Assembly: GCF_002105155.1 (NCBI RefSeq)
Contig: NW_019028980.1
Span: 1,488,001-1,552,000 of the forward strand
DNA length: 64,000 nt
Direction of reading: 5' to 3'
From: Lobosporangium transversale
Taxonomy: Eukaryota
The translations under genes and the position numbers were made by a program. Below are positions 13,073-29,270 of the stretch, one piece after another. The notes under the pieces were generated by a model that was not told where the DNA came from, made no database searches, and saw only the letters and a list, made by a program, of their open reading frames with translations. Within the stretch, counting starts at the first letter, position 1. Each line of letters opens with the position of its first letter.

Positions 13073-15155
13073 TTAAGCTGCGACCTCGATGGGCTTGGCG
13101 GCCTCGGCCACCTTAGTTTCCTCAACAGCTTCTTCCTGTGCAGCCTCAGCCTCAGCTTCAGTCTCTTCCTCAACGGTCTTCTCAGTTGGGGCGGCAACAG
13201 ATTCCTCCGCACCTGCAGCTGTGGTAATGGTAGCTCGCACTGCTCCACTGAGCCTATTACAATTTTTTAATTAAAAAATAATTATAATAAAAGGCGTTAG
13301 AAGCGGGTCTTGATCAGGCAGATGAAAAAGACATTGAATAGCGCTTGAAATAATATTTACCTCTTGAGAAGCGATGGCTTGCGCTCGATCTTCTCGGTTT
13401 TATCAGCCGTAGTAATGGTCTCGTCAGTTGTAGAAAGATCCACCTTCTGTTCACCGTCGGCGTTCTTGGCAACGCTAGCGTCAGTGCCCTCGACATGTTC
13501 CACATGTGTGGATCCTTCTGCGTTGATGACATCCTCGGTTGAAACTTCTCCAGACTTGACCTCGACCTCGTTCTTGTCCTTACTCTTGGTCACGCGCGAG
13601 AAAAAGCCTCCAGAAGACTGCGAGGTCACTGCGCCCTCAGCAGTGACGACTTCCGACAAGTTCTTCTCAGATGACACTACAACAGTCTCTTCAGTGGGGA
13701 CCACAGGTGCGGGAGGTGGGGGAGCAGGCTTCTTTTGGAAGAGGCCAGCAAAGAAGCTTGGCTTCTTCTCGGGCGCTGGTGGGGTTGCGGGCTTGTCGGC
13801 CTTTGCCTCAGCAGCCTTAGCCTTACTGGCCTCCACAGCATCATCCACAGCCTTCAGCGCCTGGGCCTTAGCTTCGTCTACGTCCAAGGGATTTTCAACT
13901 GGAGCAGGGGCGGCTGGTGGCTCTTCAGTCTTAGGGGACTTCTTTCCAAAAAGCTTGAATCCTCCGCTCTTGGCCTTGGGAGACTTGGGAGGCTCAGCTG
14001 GAGCAGCAACAGCATCTGTGGTATGGGAGACTGCATTTTCGGACTCGTGAGTCTTGAGTGCGTCAACCTCGCCTTCCTGGACATGTGTAAGCTCCTGCTT
14101 CTTCTCGGTCTTCAACTCACTCGTGACGCCATCCGCCTTCTTCTTTTCGTGGCTGGTAGCAACAGCAGAGAAACCAAAGAAAGACTTGCGCTTCTTGACA
14201 ATTGGAGTGCCATTCTCAATCTCAATGTCATCTGGCTCACCGTCCGAATTGATCTCATTATCTGAAAGAATGGCAGCAGAGTTCTTGGCATGCTCAAATG
14301 CCTCTCTGGTGACTAGATGTGATAAAAAAAAAAAAGAAAGAAAGAAAGTTTAGATATTTCATGTATTCTTACCAGTCTGATGCGAGCTTTGATAAATGTG
14401 TGTCTCTTACCCAACTTCTTGTAAACCTCCTGGAACTGAGGGCTGGCGTAAGGATCTGGCTCTGACTTGGCCTCGTCCGCCTTTTCTTTGATGGCCTTGA
14501 CCCACCCCTTTGCCTTTTGAGGTGATTCTGCGGAGAAGTGATAGTCGCGGTTCTTGGTGCTGACTACAAATGATCGGTTCTTGCTCGACTTTTCAACACG
14601 TTCGACAGAGTTGACATCCCTCAAGTTGATAATACCGAGGATGTTCTGACGATGAAGTTCATCATCTGATTTGTGGTAGTACAGCAGCCCTGTTCCCTTT
14701 GTGTTGGCTTGGGCCACATTGACAAGAAGATCCCTGTTTGCTTCTTCGTACACTTCCTCGACAGTCTTTGGAGGGGGAGTGGAGGTGGCAGCGACAACAT
14801 CTTTAGACGTCTCCTCAGCATCCTTGCCTTCCTTTACAGGAGCCTTCCCTGCTGCGACCTCTGAAGGAGCCTCGGCTGCTGGTGCGGGTGCAGGCACCTT
14901 CTTGACGCGACGTTCGTTGCGCTTATGAACAGTCTTGAGGTTATCGAGACTGACAGGCTCAGTTCCAAAAGCAAAGAAACGCTTGTTCCAAGGATGCAGA
15001 GGGTTCGTGCCACGCTTTTGAAGGTATCCACCCTCGATATCAATATCCTCCTCTTCTTCAGACTTTGTGGCAGAAGCATTAGACTTGGCAACGGCGGTAG
15101 CCTCGGCAGCCTCGGTCGCTTCGACCTGAGTTGTTGCAGTTTCCTCTTTAGTCAT
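13073..15155 (-). CDS. PH-domain protein (PH split by a long insert; Meu6/PH_6-like) with an Ala/Glu/Lys-rich tail
   Basis: EGGYLQKRG..PWNKRFFAF, then an insert, then LLYYHK..LGIINL..FVVSTKNRDYHFSAESPQKAKGWVKAIK. Exons 15155-14411, 14312-13361 and 13253-13073 join in frame. Confidence 0.75.
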
Positions 15156-16644
15156 GACTGTCTTTTTTTATTAATTTACTGGAAGACAAAAAAAAGTGTA
15201 AGGGTTGTGTGGAGGTGGACGAGTTCGTTTCTTTTTTAGAGATACAAAGCAGAGTCGTTTCAATAAGGTTGATTTCGAAGGAAGTGTTTATGATTTTTAC
15301 GCGGGAAAATGGCTTTTGAAGAAAGACTGTGTGATTATTAGAGCGAAGAGAAGAAAGAGGTACAAAGAGAAGTGAACTTGGATTGCTGATCTCCAACTGG
15401 ATTGGCGATACCGCTGTCCTCTTTATACTAGGGGAAAAAGAAAAAAAAAAACTTTGTAGAAAGGGGGTCAATCATCAGGGACATGACCAACTTTGTCCCT
15501 GGGCGTGTGTGCCTGTCTGTATGTTCATGTTATGCGTCTTATACTGCTAGAGTCGTACACAGCCATTCAACATAAATCCCGCCATTAGCCTGTTTCCAAT
15601 CATTCCGTGAAATAGCATGATAATAAACCAAATTGAGCCTTACGTCTTCAAGAGGTTGAAATAGACTCATAGACTCTAAACTGCACACATGCACACTTGC
15701 ATCTGCATGCCGAACGCATATTATTTATTTATTTTTCTTTTCTCCTTGATACCCCTATATTTCAATCAGCAAGGTCATTCATCAAGTCCAACAGCAATCC
15801 ATCATCATGATAATAAAAACAAGAACAACAACAACAACCAGTTGATGGTGCTTGACTCCTGGAAATAGGGTCAGGAGAGCATGCTCAGGCAAAAGGCCCC
15901 TTCTTTTTTTTTTTTTTTTTTTTTTCTCTGGAAGGTACTGACCGCACCACACAGTGGTTTATTTTCTTATAGTTAAAACAAAGTATCTCCCAATATAATG
16001 CAATGCAATGCAACAAAGTCAGTGCATCCAGCTCTTTTCTGATGGATCTCCACATTACAATAATGAAGAATGCTCCTCCGAGTCACAAGGCACATCATCT
16101 GTCTGTGTGTTGATGTTATTGTTTGCTGTTACAAAACCAGGGGTAGTTCGAACCAAAAACAATGCACTAATCAAAAGCATTTTATTTTTCCGTTGTCAGC
16201 GGTGTCATCTTTATCATGGCTTCCTTTGGTCACGTCCATTTGTAATCCTATTAATGAAGTTGTCTTTATCCAATAGCAAAAGAACGAGCAAGGCGCGCGC
16301 CTTACGGTAATAATAGAAAGAAAAAGTCAGATGTTGAACGGTAATACACATCAGTCCATTGGCCTGACTTTGTGGAGTGCTTACTTGTATGAAATACCAA
16401 TTTGTTTATTACAAATGCAGGTTGTGGAGAGCACGACGCATTGGTACGAGCTGGATCGCAAATGTGTCGAAACAAAAAAAAATCATAACACAGTCCACTG
16501 CCGTTGATAAATTTTTTTATTTTTTATTTTTGATTCTTTTCTCTTTTTCCCTATGCATTCATTGCTTTATTTCCGATGTGGTAAGTTTTTGTTATGGAGC
16601 TACTCTATACTCTATCCATCTGCTCACTCTGATAAATATCTTTC

Positions 16645-16728
16645 CTGATGAAAAAGTTGTACGTAAAATGATACCCCGAATATATCATGTGGATTTTTCG
16701 TAAACCAAATGGAATTCCTCGTTTCTGA
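16645..16728 (+). ncRNA. snR57: Box C/D snoRNA, snR57-like (18S Gm1572 equivalent)
   Basis: Box C TGATGA 16646-16651; box D CTGA 16725-16728. Guide GGAATTCCTCGTT is complementary to conserved 18S AACGAGGAAUUCC. External 9-bp stem CACTCTGAT/ATCAGAGTG. Confidence 0.85.
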
Positions 16729-16982
16729 TCTCATTTCATCAGAGTGTGATCAGATCGGATCTCAACTCGTAAAATAATTAAAAAAGGAATTGAAAAGGTT
16801 GATAATCTAACGAATAGATTTCTTTTTTACTGTTGACTTGAATCGTTTATAGATCGCGTGAAGAATCCTAAATTGATTTAGGATCAGATCATTTTAAATG
16901 GACAGGATTTTTTTTTTTTTTTTTTTTTTTTGCCAGGTAAGAATCTTTTAATACAAAATTTAATTCTGTGGACACTTTTTTT

Positions 16983-17063
16983 TGAATCGAATGAGGATAT
17001 CTCCATACCGTTTCCTAGCGAGCACCTGAGCAAATGAAACATGCACTACCATCTGACGATTCA
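16983..17063 (+). ncRNA. snR55: Box C/D snoRNA, snR55/SNORD33-like (18S Um1269 equivalent)
   Basis: Terminal stem TGAATCG/CGATTCA; box C ATGAGGA; D' CTGA at 17026; box D CTGA at 17053. Guide CATGCACTACCAT pairs with 18S GUGGUGGUGCAUG. Confidence 0.85.
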
Positions 17064-17275
17064 TCAATCCTTAAGCCACTCTGTCAAGTGTGCGGATCAA
17101 TTGACCCATTGAGAAATTAGATTTTAACTTTTTCTTTCATTATCATTATTGCTGATCCTAGATTATTGATATGAATTGGTTTACATCGAACCATCATCAC
17201 ATTCGAGCAACCTGCAGGAAGTCTGTAAGTTGAGAATGCCATGTTCATCGATTGTCTTGTATACGTTATCTTAAA

Positions 17276-17352
17276 GTGATGACACACTTTTTTCAGTTCT
17301 GCTTCCGACCTGAGACCATGGTGGATAACCCTTTACCAAAATATTATTCTGA
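17276..17352 (+). ncRNA. snR61: Box C/D snoRNA, snR61/SNORD38-like, copy 1 (25S Am1133 equivalent)
   Basis: GTGATGA...CTGA. Guide CAGTTCTGCTT before D' CCGA pairs with 25S AAGCAGAACUG. TTACCAAAA pairs with the adjacent UUUUGGUAA. Confidence 0.85.
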
Positions 17353-17583
17353 TTTTAATGATACGTCCATAAACAGATCGATCGATCTTTTCTGGAATGA
17401 AGAAATGAAGATACAGTCCTAACACTTTTTTAAATCTTCCTTTATCCTTAACAGTGTTGCCAGCAATGATCAAGACACCTTTACTGGCTTGCTCCCATGC
17501 CCCTTGATAGATTGAAATGTAAGTATTCGAGTCTTGACAGTTCCTAAAGATGACCTTCAATCGTGGGCAATAGTCACTACAAA

Positions 17584-17661
17584 ATGATGACACAACTTTT
17601 TTCAGTTCTGCTTCCGACATGAGACCATGGTGGATAACCCTTTACCAAAATAATATTCTGA
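17584..17661 (+). ncRNA. snR61: Box C/D snoRNA, snR61/SNORD38-like, copy 2
   Basis: ATGATGA...CTGA. Differs from copy 1 by 3 substitutions and 1 indel; guides identical. Lies in the next intron. Confidence 0.85.
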
Positions 17662-17849
17662 ACCATTGACGTTGCCTTTATACATCGGACAATTTTATAA
17701 ATCATTACACTGTTGATGCATCGATTAACATAGTCCTTACTGTCTTTATATGCTTTTTAGTTTCTAGCTGTCACCAGTCGGATCGCTATTACTGGACCTA
17801 TCCCATCTAGTCTTTGGTATGTCCTCATATACATCAGTCTATATATAAT

Positions 17850-17933
17850 TGAAGGCTAAATGATGTCTTATTGATCATCCGTGTTTCATCTGCATAATTA
17901 TTGAAGACAACTTTTTTGATCTCTGATGCCTCA
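17850..17933 (+). ncRNA. Putative box C/D snoRNA antisense to 25S UGAAACACGGA (U18 target region)
   Basis: Stem TGAAGGC/GCCTCA; box C-like ATGATGT at 17860; guide TCCGTGTTTCA; D'-like CTGC; C' TTGAAGA; box D CTGA at 17923. Lies in intron 5 of the host gene. Confidence 0.65.
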
Positions 17934-18385
17934 CATTTCTGCATACACTTGTCTTTCACGATCTGTGATACCTTATGACTAACCACAAGGATTTTGTTGA
18001 TGTTTTATAGGCTTAATTCAAGATTTATTAATTTCTAAAGCGATATATGTGGTTTATAAAGGTATGTATTTCCGCACCTTCAAACGGATTGAATCTCACT
18101 AGGAGGTCTTCAGACTGTTTATGAATACCTAAACTTTTCCGTTCTTCGAGGAGGATTTGTTCATGACGAAAAATGGAAGGACTTTATAGTTTTTACTAAC
18201 ATTATATTCTTTTTTGATATATTGTATCTAGGTAAGTCTCGGTAGACCAAGAGACAAAGTTCGGTAAGGTAAAAAAAATATAGAAATAAAATCGTTGTTT
18301 GTTCCAAACAAAATCCCTATTTTCTCAAAAAGAAAGTCTAACTGTTGCTCCTACGATGGGAGAATGACAAGACAACCAAAGAAAG

Positions 18386-18420
<35 letters not shown>

Positions 18421-18856
18421 TTACCATGCCGATACTCTAATGGCCAGTGTTTCCCATCATTGGTTATTTTTTTTTCACGGCAGAGAGCAAAATGGACCTT
18501 TACTCACGCTCGGTACCTGTTCATGTACTGTTGTCGTCTACGAGAAGTTCGATATATCCTTTATTCTTTATCATTGTATGTAGTCATTGCCAGTCATAAT
18601 AAATAAACAAAAGATGAATCATTTGTGATGCTCTTGTTTCCTGTCACGATAATAATTGAATGCTGCAATCAACATGTGTAACACACTTCCTGGGAAAAAA
18701 AAAAGGATAAAATAGGCAAACACATTCATTGCTTTTTTGAATTCTTTGTTCATTTCATTCTCCTCACTTCATTGCTCAGTGATCACCAACAAAAGTAGAA
18801 CAGAAGAAAAATCAGGAGCACTCTGTGGAAAGAACAGATCAAATATTGATTGACCA

Positions 18857-24008
<5,152 letters not shown>

Positions 24009-24801
24009 AATAGAATTATATAATTTAGTGAATTTCTAGAGAAGAATGAAATAGACATGGTAACGTTTTTCAACTTTCGCAGTAGGATATGTAGATAGAA
24101 AATGCCAAGACAGGCCTAAATCCAGCACATGTCTTTGAAAGAAATTGATTCGATAATGAATCTGGAACCAGCTTGTCACCCCTGAGAAAGAACGAATGAT
24201 CGAAGGCATATAGGCATAATATACCAAAATAAGAAGCTATTTTAAAGAGTCCCCCAAAAGTCCAAATTCTTATTTTATGGAAAGGTCTAAAGAAGAATGA
24301 GATGACAGATGAACGTGTGATGCTCCATGGAAACAAAATCATCTTCCTCATAACAAACACCAATAGATTAGCAGTAAAAAAAAAATTCATTGCGCTTACT
24401 AGCTTCTCTTTTCTGTCCGATGGTCACCTTGACGTAATGAGCTAATGACCCTTAGACGATTCCTCAATGTTGTTTTGAGTCTGCACTGGCCGTTACTTTA
24501 TTTAATGCAGTCGGATATATATATTATGTAAATTATTAGAAGACAACCCAAACGTTTTCATTTTTCCCGCCTCTCTCTCAGGCTCTCTCTCTCTCAAACT
24601 CTCCCCCTTGTTGCTGGTTGAATCACCTTTTTTTTTTTTTTCTTTTTCTTTTCGTTTTCGCTCTCGCTCTCTTTTCTTCCTTTCCTCCCACCCTTCCCGA
24701 TTTTCTTTAAGCAGTTGGTCTTCCTTCATCTCTTCTTTCTTCTCTCTCTATTTCTTACGAATTTTCACCAATCCCAACAGGCTTCTTCGACTTTCATCAT
24801 A

Positions 24802-24810
24802 ATGCCTAAA

Positions 24811-24850
<40 letters not shown>

Positions 24851-25680
24851 GGCCACAGGAATTTGTTGTAACAGTACCGCCCAATCAAGATACCAACCAA
24901 GTATCTATTGGTTCAAGGATCAAAAAATTTTTCAAGGCCGATGATAAGAAAAATATCATGCTGTCGCAAAGGGATTCTGATGTTCTCGCCAAGGTCAAGA
25001 GAAGAGCCAAAGTACTAGACACTGGATTGGATCTTGGTGTTGCGAAAATTGGAATTGATCCTATCCTTGGTAAATTTCATATACTTCTCTGCAAATGTAT
25101 CGTTCTTAGCGCTATAAACGTGTTATAGTCCAATATCCTCACCTATTCCATTGCTTTTTGGCGCATCATTGTAGGTCTAGTCCCAGTTGCAGGCGATGCA
25201 ATCACCATGTTCCTGGCCCTCCGCTTGATTCACACCGCACAAGAAGCTGATATTCCCAAATCTCTCACGCAAAGGATGCTTCTCAATGTGGCTATTGATT
25301 TTGGGGTAAGCAATCTAATATTAATTTTTAATGATAGATAGACCGGAATAGCACAATGTGTGGGTTCACCGTCTAACTGTCTTTTTCTTATTATCGATAT
25401 TATTCCAAAGCTTGGTTTGGTTCCTGTCCTTGGCGACATCGGAGACTTTTTGTTTAAAGCAAATGACAAAAATGCAAAGCTATTCGAGGAATTTATTTAT
25501 GAGCGTGCTGCAAAGCAAGCTGCCCAACAAGCAGCAGCTGCAGCTGCAGTGGCCAATCTTGCAGTCCCAGCAGTTGCAAGTCAAAGTAATACAACCACAA
25601 CATCTAAAGGTTTTGGCTTTGGTCGCAGTCAGAAACCTCAGCACACCACTATTCCAATGGGTACAGTCGCGGCTGTCTAG
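24802..25680 (+). CDS. DUF4112 membrane protein with N-terminal poly-Q
   Basis: LDTG...IGIDPILGLVPVAGDAI...IPKSLTQRMLLNVAIDFGLGLVPVLGDIGDFLFKANDKNAKLFEE. Three exons. Confidence 0.85.
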
Positions 25681-25912
25681 GTGAATGATTGTGATGATTG
25701 ATCTCCACTTTGTACAATTTTTCATACTATATATATTATCTATTACTCATCTCATCATAATAAAACAATCATACTAATAAAATACCTATAAGCGATTAAA
25801 CAGTATTTATATCTAGTCAAAAACTTTGAAAGCATGATGCTGTGCTGACATATTAAGAATTTGATGATAGTTTATGTTATTGGGCTGAAATATATAGAAG
25901 TCTAACATGTAC

Positions 25913-28900
25913 TCAGTCCAGCTTTGGAAGCCCTTCTACCCTGAGATGCATCGCTTTTGCCTTTAGTCTCGAGAACTGTTCTTGGATCCTCAAAATATCT
26001 GTACATAGAGTCAATTGAGTTTCGCGAAGGTCAAGAAGGCGTAGAGGGATCGTCAAAATATCACACGCGAGAATGCAGTCGACTAGTATCGAGAATTCCT
26101 CCAGAGAAAAGTTGGTCATCCCGAAGTTCAGAAATTCCATACATGCAAAATCAATTGCCTTCATTATGGTTTGCCATTCTTCGCTTTGGAATTTCATCTC
26201 AAGGAGTGATATCCTTATAAGAGGCCGCCATGTCATCGAAGGTGTTACCCCGCTTGACGATTTAAGCTCATGTTCGGCGGGTGAAGATGCCAACGTCAGC
26301 TGTGCTTGTTTGGGCGCGGAAAACATGGTACATAGCCACTGGACATAGTCAGATGGGAAATCATCCTTATAGGTTAAACCAAAAGTCTCCATTTGTGATA
26401 GGTAGTGTCTCGTTGGGCATGCTCTTGCGATATCTGATATCCACATCTCCATCGGGTTTCCCGCTAGAATGGCGGCATTAATCCGTGATCCATGCTGGCT
26501 AATCAATTCCTGTACTAAGCTCCGTTCATTTTCATCATCCAAGTTCCTCGAATTAACGCCGAAATAGGTGAGATCTGCTGAACGATTAATGAAACGAATC
26601 ATGGCCTCTATACCGGCGGATGTTAACGACTCGAGATCGCAACTCAACCACGTCAGGCTTGAGCCTTCTTGCTCGCTCTTGGAGTCCAAAATAGCGGCAA
26701 GTGTGTCGTCAAGGGTCGAGTCTGCTTTTAATGACGTAATATATGGGCCAAGCAGATCAAAAAGCCCAGACAGATGGGTTGAAAAGCCCTTCGTCGTAAA
26801 ATTCCGCATGTCGATACTGACGGACATGTTGAATGGGTCCTTAGCATCAGGGAATTCTACTGATATCATTTTGTCATAGAGGTTATCCTTGACGTTTTCA
26901 TCGAAATGTGGGAATAAAACCTCGCGTAATGCACATGGTCTTCCTGCTTCTAGAAGTTCCTGCCTTTTTGACGCAATCATCATGATCATAGGGCCAGCTT
27001 CAGAGCCATAGCCGATCTGGATCTGAAATAGCTTCGGATTGGCCTCCAGAATGTTAGCTAGGTGTTCATAGTCCGTTGTTTTAACTGGGTTCCAGAACTC
27101 TATCATTGTAAGTTGATCTTTTAGATAACTGGGGTAATCTCTGATGACTACACGGAGGTCATCGACCCTCATTGCCATGCTCTTGATCTGACCATGTGAA
27201 TACTCAGCCGTAATCTGGCAAGAATCCTGCTCTAGCCTCAGCATCTTAAGATTTTTGAGTTTGACGTTTTTACCATCGCCCAGCAGGCCATCGAGGGTTA
27301 TGCCTACGTTAACGTAAAATCCGTCAAGCACCAATTCAACGAGCGCTGGACACTGCCCTAGTAGCCTTTTCAGAATAGGCCAGCCATCGCCAATGAAAAT
27401 TGATCCGACACTTATTGAAAGGTACTTAATTTGAGTCACCATAGTTAACGCAGAGTTGCTGATATGTTGAAAAAAGTCCTCGAAATTCTTGATGGTCATC
27501 GAGCGTATCCTTCCATTAGACATCAGTTCCAAAATAGGATTATAGCGGCGACCGTAGTTTGCCAGATCCAGCGGTGGTCCATAAAATCTACTTCCATCCA
27601 TAATCAGCGAAACAATATTGGCCTTGGATAATGTCTCCGTAAATTTGCGAAGATCTGCCATTGTTGCATCCCATCCGAGAGAAACCTCCAATTCTTGTAT
27701 GCCACGGGCTTTTACTATAGCGTCGTAAAATAGCTTCGCCTGAGTTTTGGTGGGAATATTGATCTTGATTCTGCTCTCTTCTGGAAAGAATTCGCCACCA
27801 AGCACTTCAACAAGTTCTTTAACACGCTCCATTACGGCTTCACGATAGTTCTCGCGGTAGTGATCAATGCATACCCATTTTACATGTCCCTGCTCAGTAA
27901 CTGTTCGATAGAGGTTGCCAAGCGTGCGGCTTTGGTCTTGCATTTTAAGATAAGATTCGAGTTGTCGCAAATCCGCTCCTTCGAGCACTTCCAAGCTATC
28001 TAATTCCGTCTGATCTTCTGCCATGTCAACCCCGTTTTCTGCCATCGTATTCTTGTTCTCAATATAGATAATAGTCTCATCAACAAGAGAGCCAATCGTG
28101 TTCTTAGCGATGTCAACACCGGCGTGAATGTACTCGATCCCCTCCCCTATCTTTAGCTGTGCTAATGGTGGCACAAAAATCCCAGCAGCCGTGAACCCGA
28201 ACTTGACCATCCTCATCATCGTGAGGAGATAGGGGCCATACTTTTCAAAGAACTCGGTTGGTTGATCTAGTTCATATCCTTCGTGTTTGGCTAGGTGGAT
28301 ATTATGCTGGAGCATGCTCCCTTCTCGCATGGTGTGTTGACCACACTCGCATAAAAAGTAAAGACGAAATTGATGGGAAAAAGGTTTGCCAAACTTGTCA
28401 CGGAAGCGAGACGCAGTGGGTAGTACAATGAACAGACGAGGGATCGGATACTCATGTAATTCATATGTCTGAGTAAAAACAGCCTGAACACTGTTTCGAA
28501 TATCGGCCACAAGGTCAAATGTCATTCGCGTTATCTGGTTGGTATCATCCACTTTTTGACCAATTTGCGTTTGCAACTGAATTATTTCTCTCTGCTGAGC
28601 ACAAACTTCCTGCATGGTACCCTTGATAAACTCTTGTTGGGTGACAAAGGATTGGTACACTTTATGCATGGTAATCCCAGTTACTTGTCCTTGTGGACTG
28701 GGGCCACTTGAATGAGGGACAAGGCTCAACTCTGTGATGTCGAGAGCATTGATAGTCGCTTCGGATATACTGGCCTCGCTCTCTAAAGCAATTGTGGCTG
28801 CATTGCTATCCTGATAGGCAGGCTGACCACTCACAATGACCTTGAGAATTATACCTGGTTGATAGAGAATCCTCTCTGGTTTAATCCTAAGGTCATAAAC

Positions 28901-29270
28901 AAACATCGGTTTCCAGAAGCGCTGTTGGTCAGTTTAAGTGTAATGTATTTTTTTTTTTTTTTTTTTTTCGCTTAAGGGTTGATAATAAACCGTTTTGTTA
29001 AAAGATTTTTTTCTTTTTATTGTTGCTGTTGCTGTTGAGATCTTACTCTTCAAAATTGTCGTCGATTTCGAAGGAAATCACAGCATCATCATCTCTGATA
29101 TACTTGGCATTCTCAAAAACATTTTGGATATCCCTCCAAAGGATGATAAGCTGATTATTTTTTTTGTCATGACGAGGTTGTAGGGGTATAATAGTGTCAT
29201 TCACAGGCGTCAAATTAGGATGTTCATAGTATGCCTGAAACGATTGGATAGGTCGATTGGTGGAAGTCAT
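25913..29270 (-). CDS. Uncharacterised LRR protein: N-terminal module + coiled coil + conserved Cys/His domain + degenerate RNI-like LRRs (paralogue A, intact)
   Basis: Exon 1 29270-29047 (MTSTNRPIQSFQAY...IILWRDIQNVF...DDNFEE); phase-2 intron; exon 2 28886-25913 is open. Shares TYELHEY..PRLFIVLP, FRLYFLCECG, HEGYE, EGADLR, LGNL.RTV and GHVKW.C.DH with the gene at 31530-34874. Confidence 0.85.

Larger units (their letters stand above)
16450..18295 (+). ncRNA. Spliced non-coding snoRNA host gene (ends approximate)
   Basis: Six donors (GTAAGT/GTAAGA/GTATGT at 16581, 16937, 17225, 17519, 17817, 18062), with CTAAC/TACTAAC-type branch sites and YAG acceptors (~16852, 17161, 17454, ~17760, 18010, 18231). 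Exons are 50-85 nt with no ORF. AATAAA at ~18286. Confidence 0.75.

Noticed and set aside
16911..16942. Poly-T followed by CCAG|GTAAGA as a recursive splice site
   Set aside because: It is adequately explained as a normal donor ending the exon that starts at ~16853.
17333..17620. 95-aa minus-strand ORF, or the 77-bp direct repeat read as an LTR/CRISPR-like element
   Set aside because: The repeat is explained by two intronic snoRNA copies on the plus strand. There are only two units, and no transposase or cas genes.
27266..27289. GLLGDGKN in LRR paralogue A as a Walker A motif
   Set aside because: It lacks the S/T, lies within the LRR region and is absent from paralogue B.
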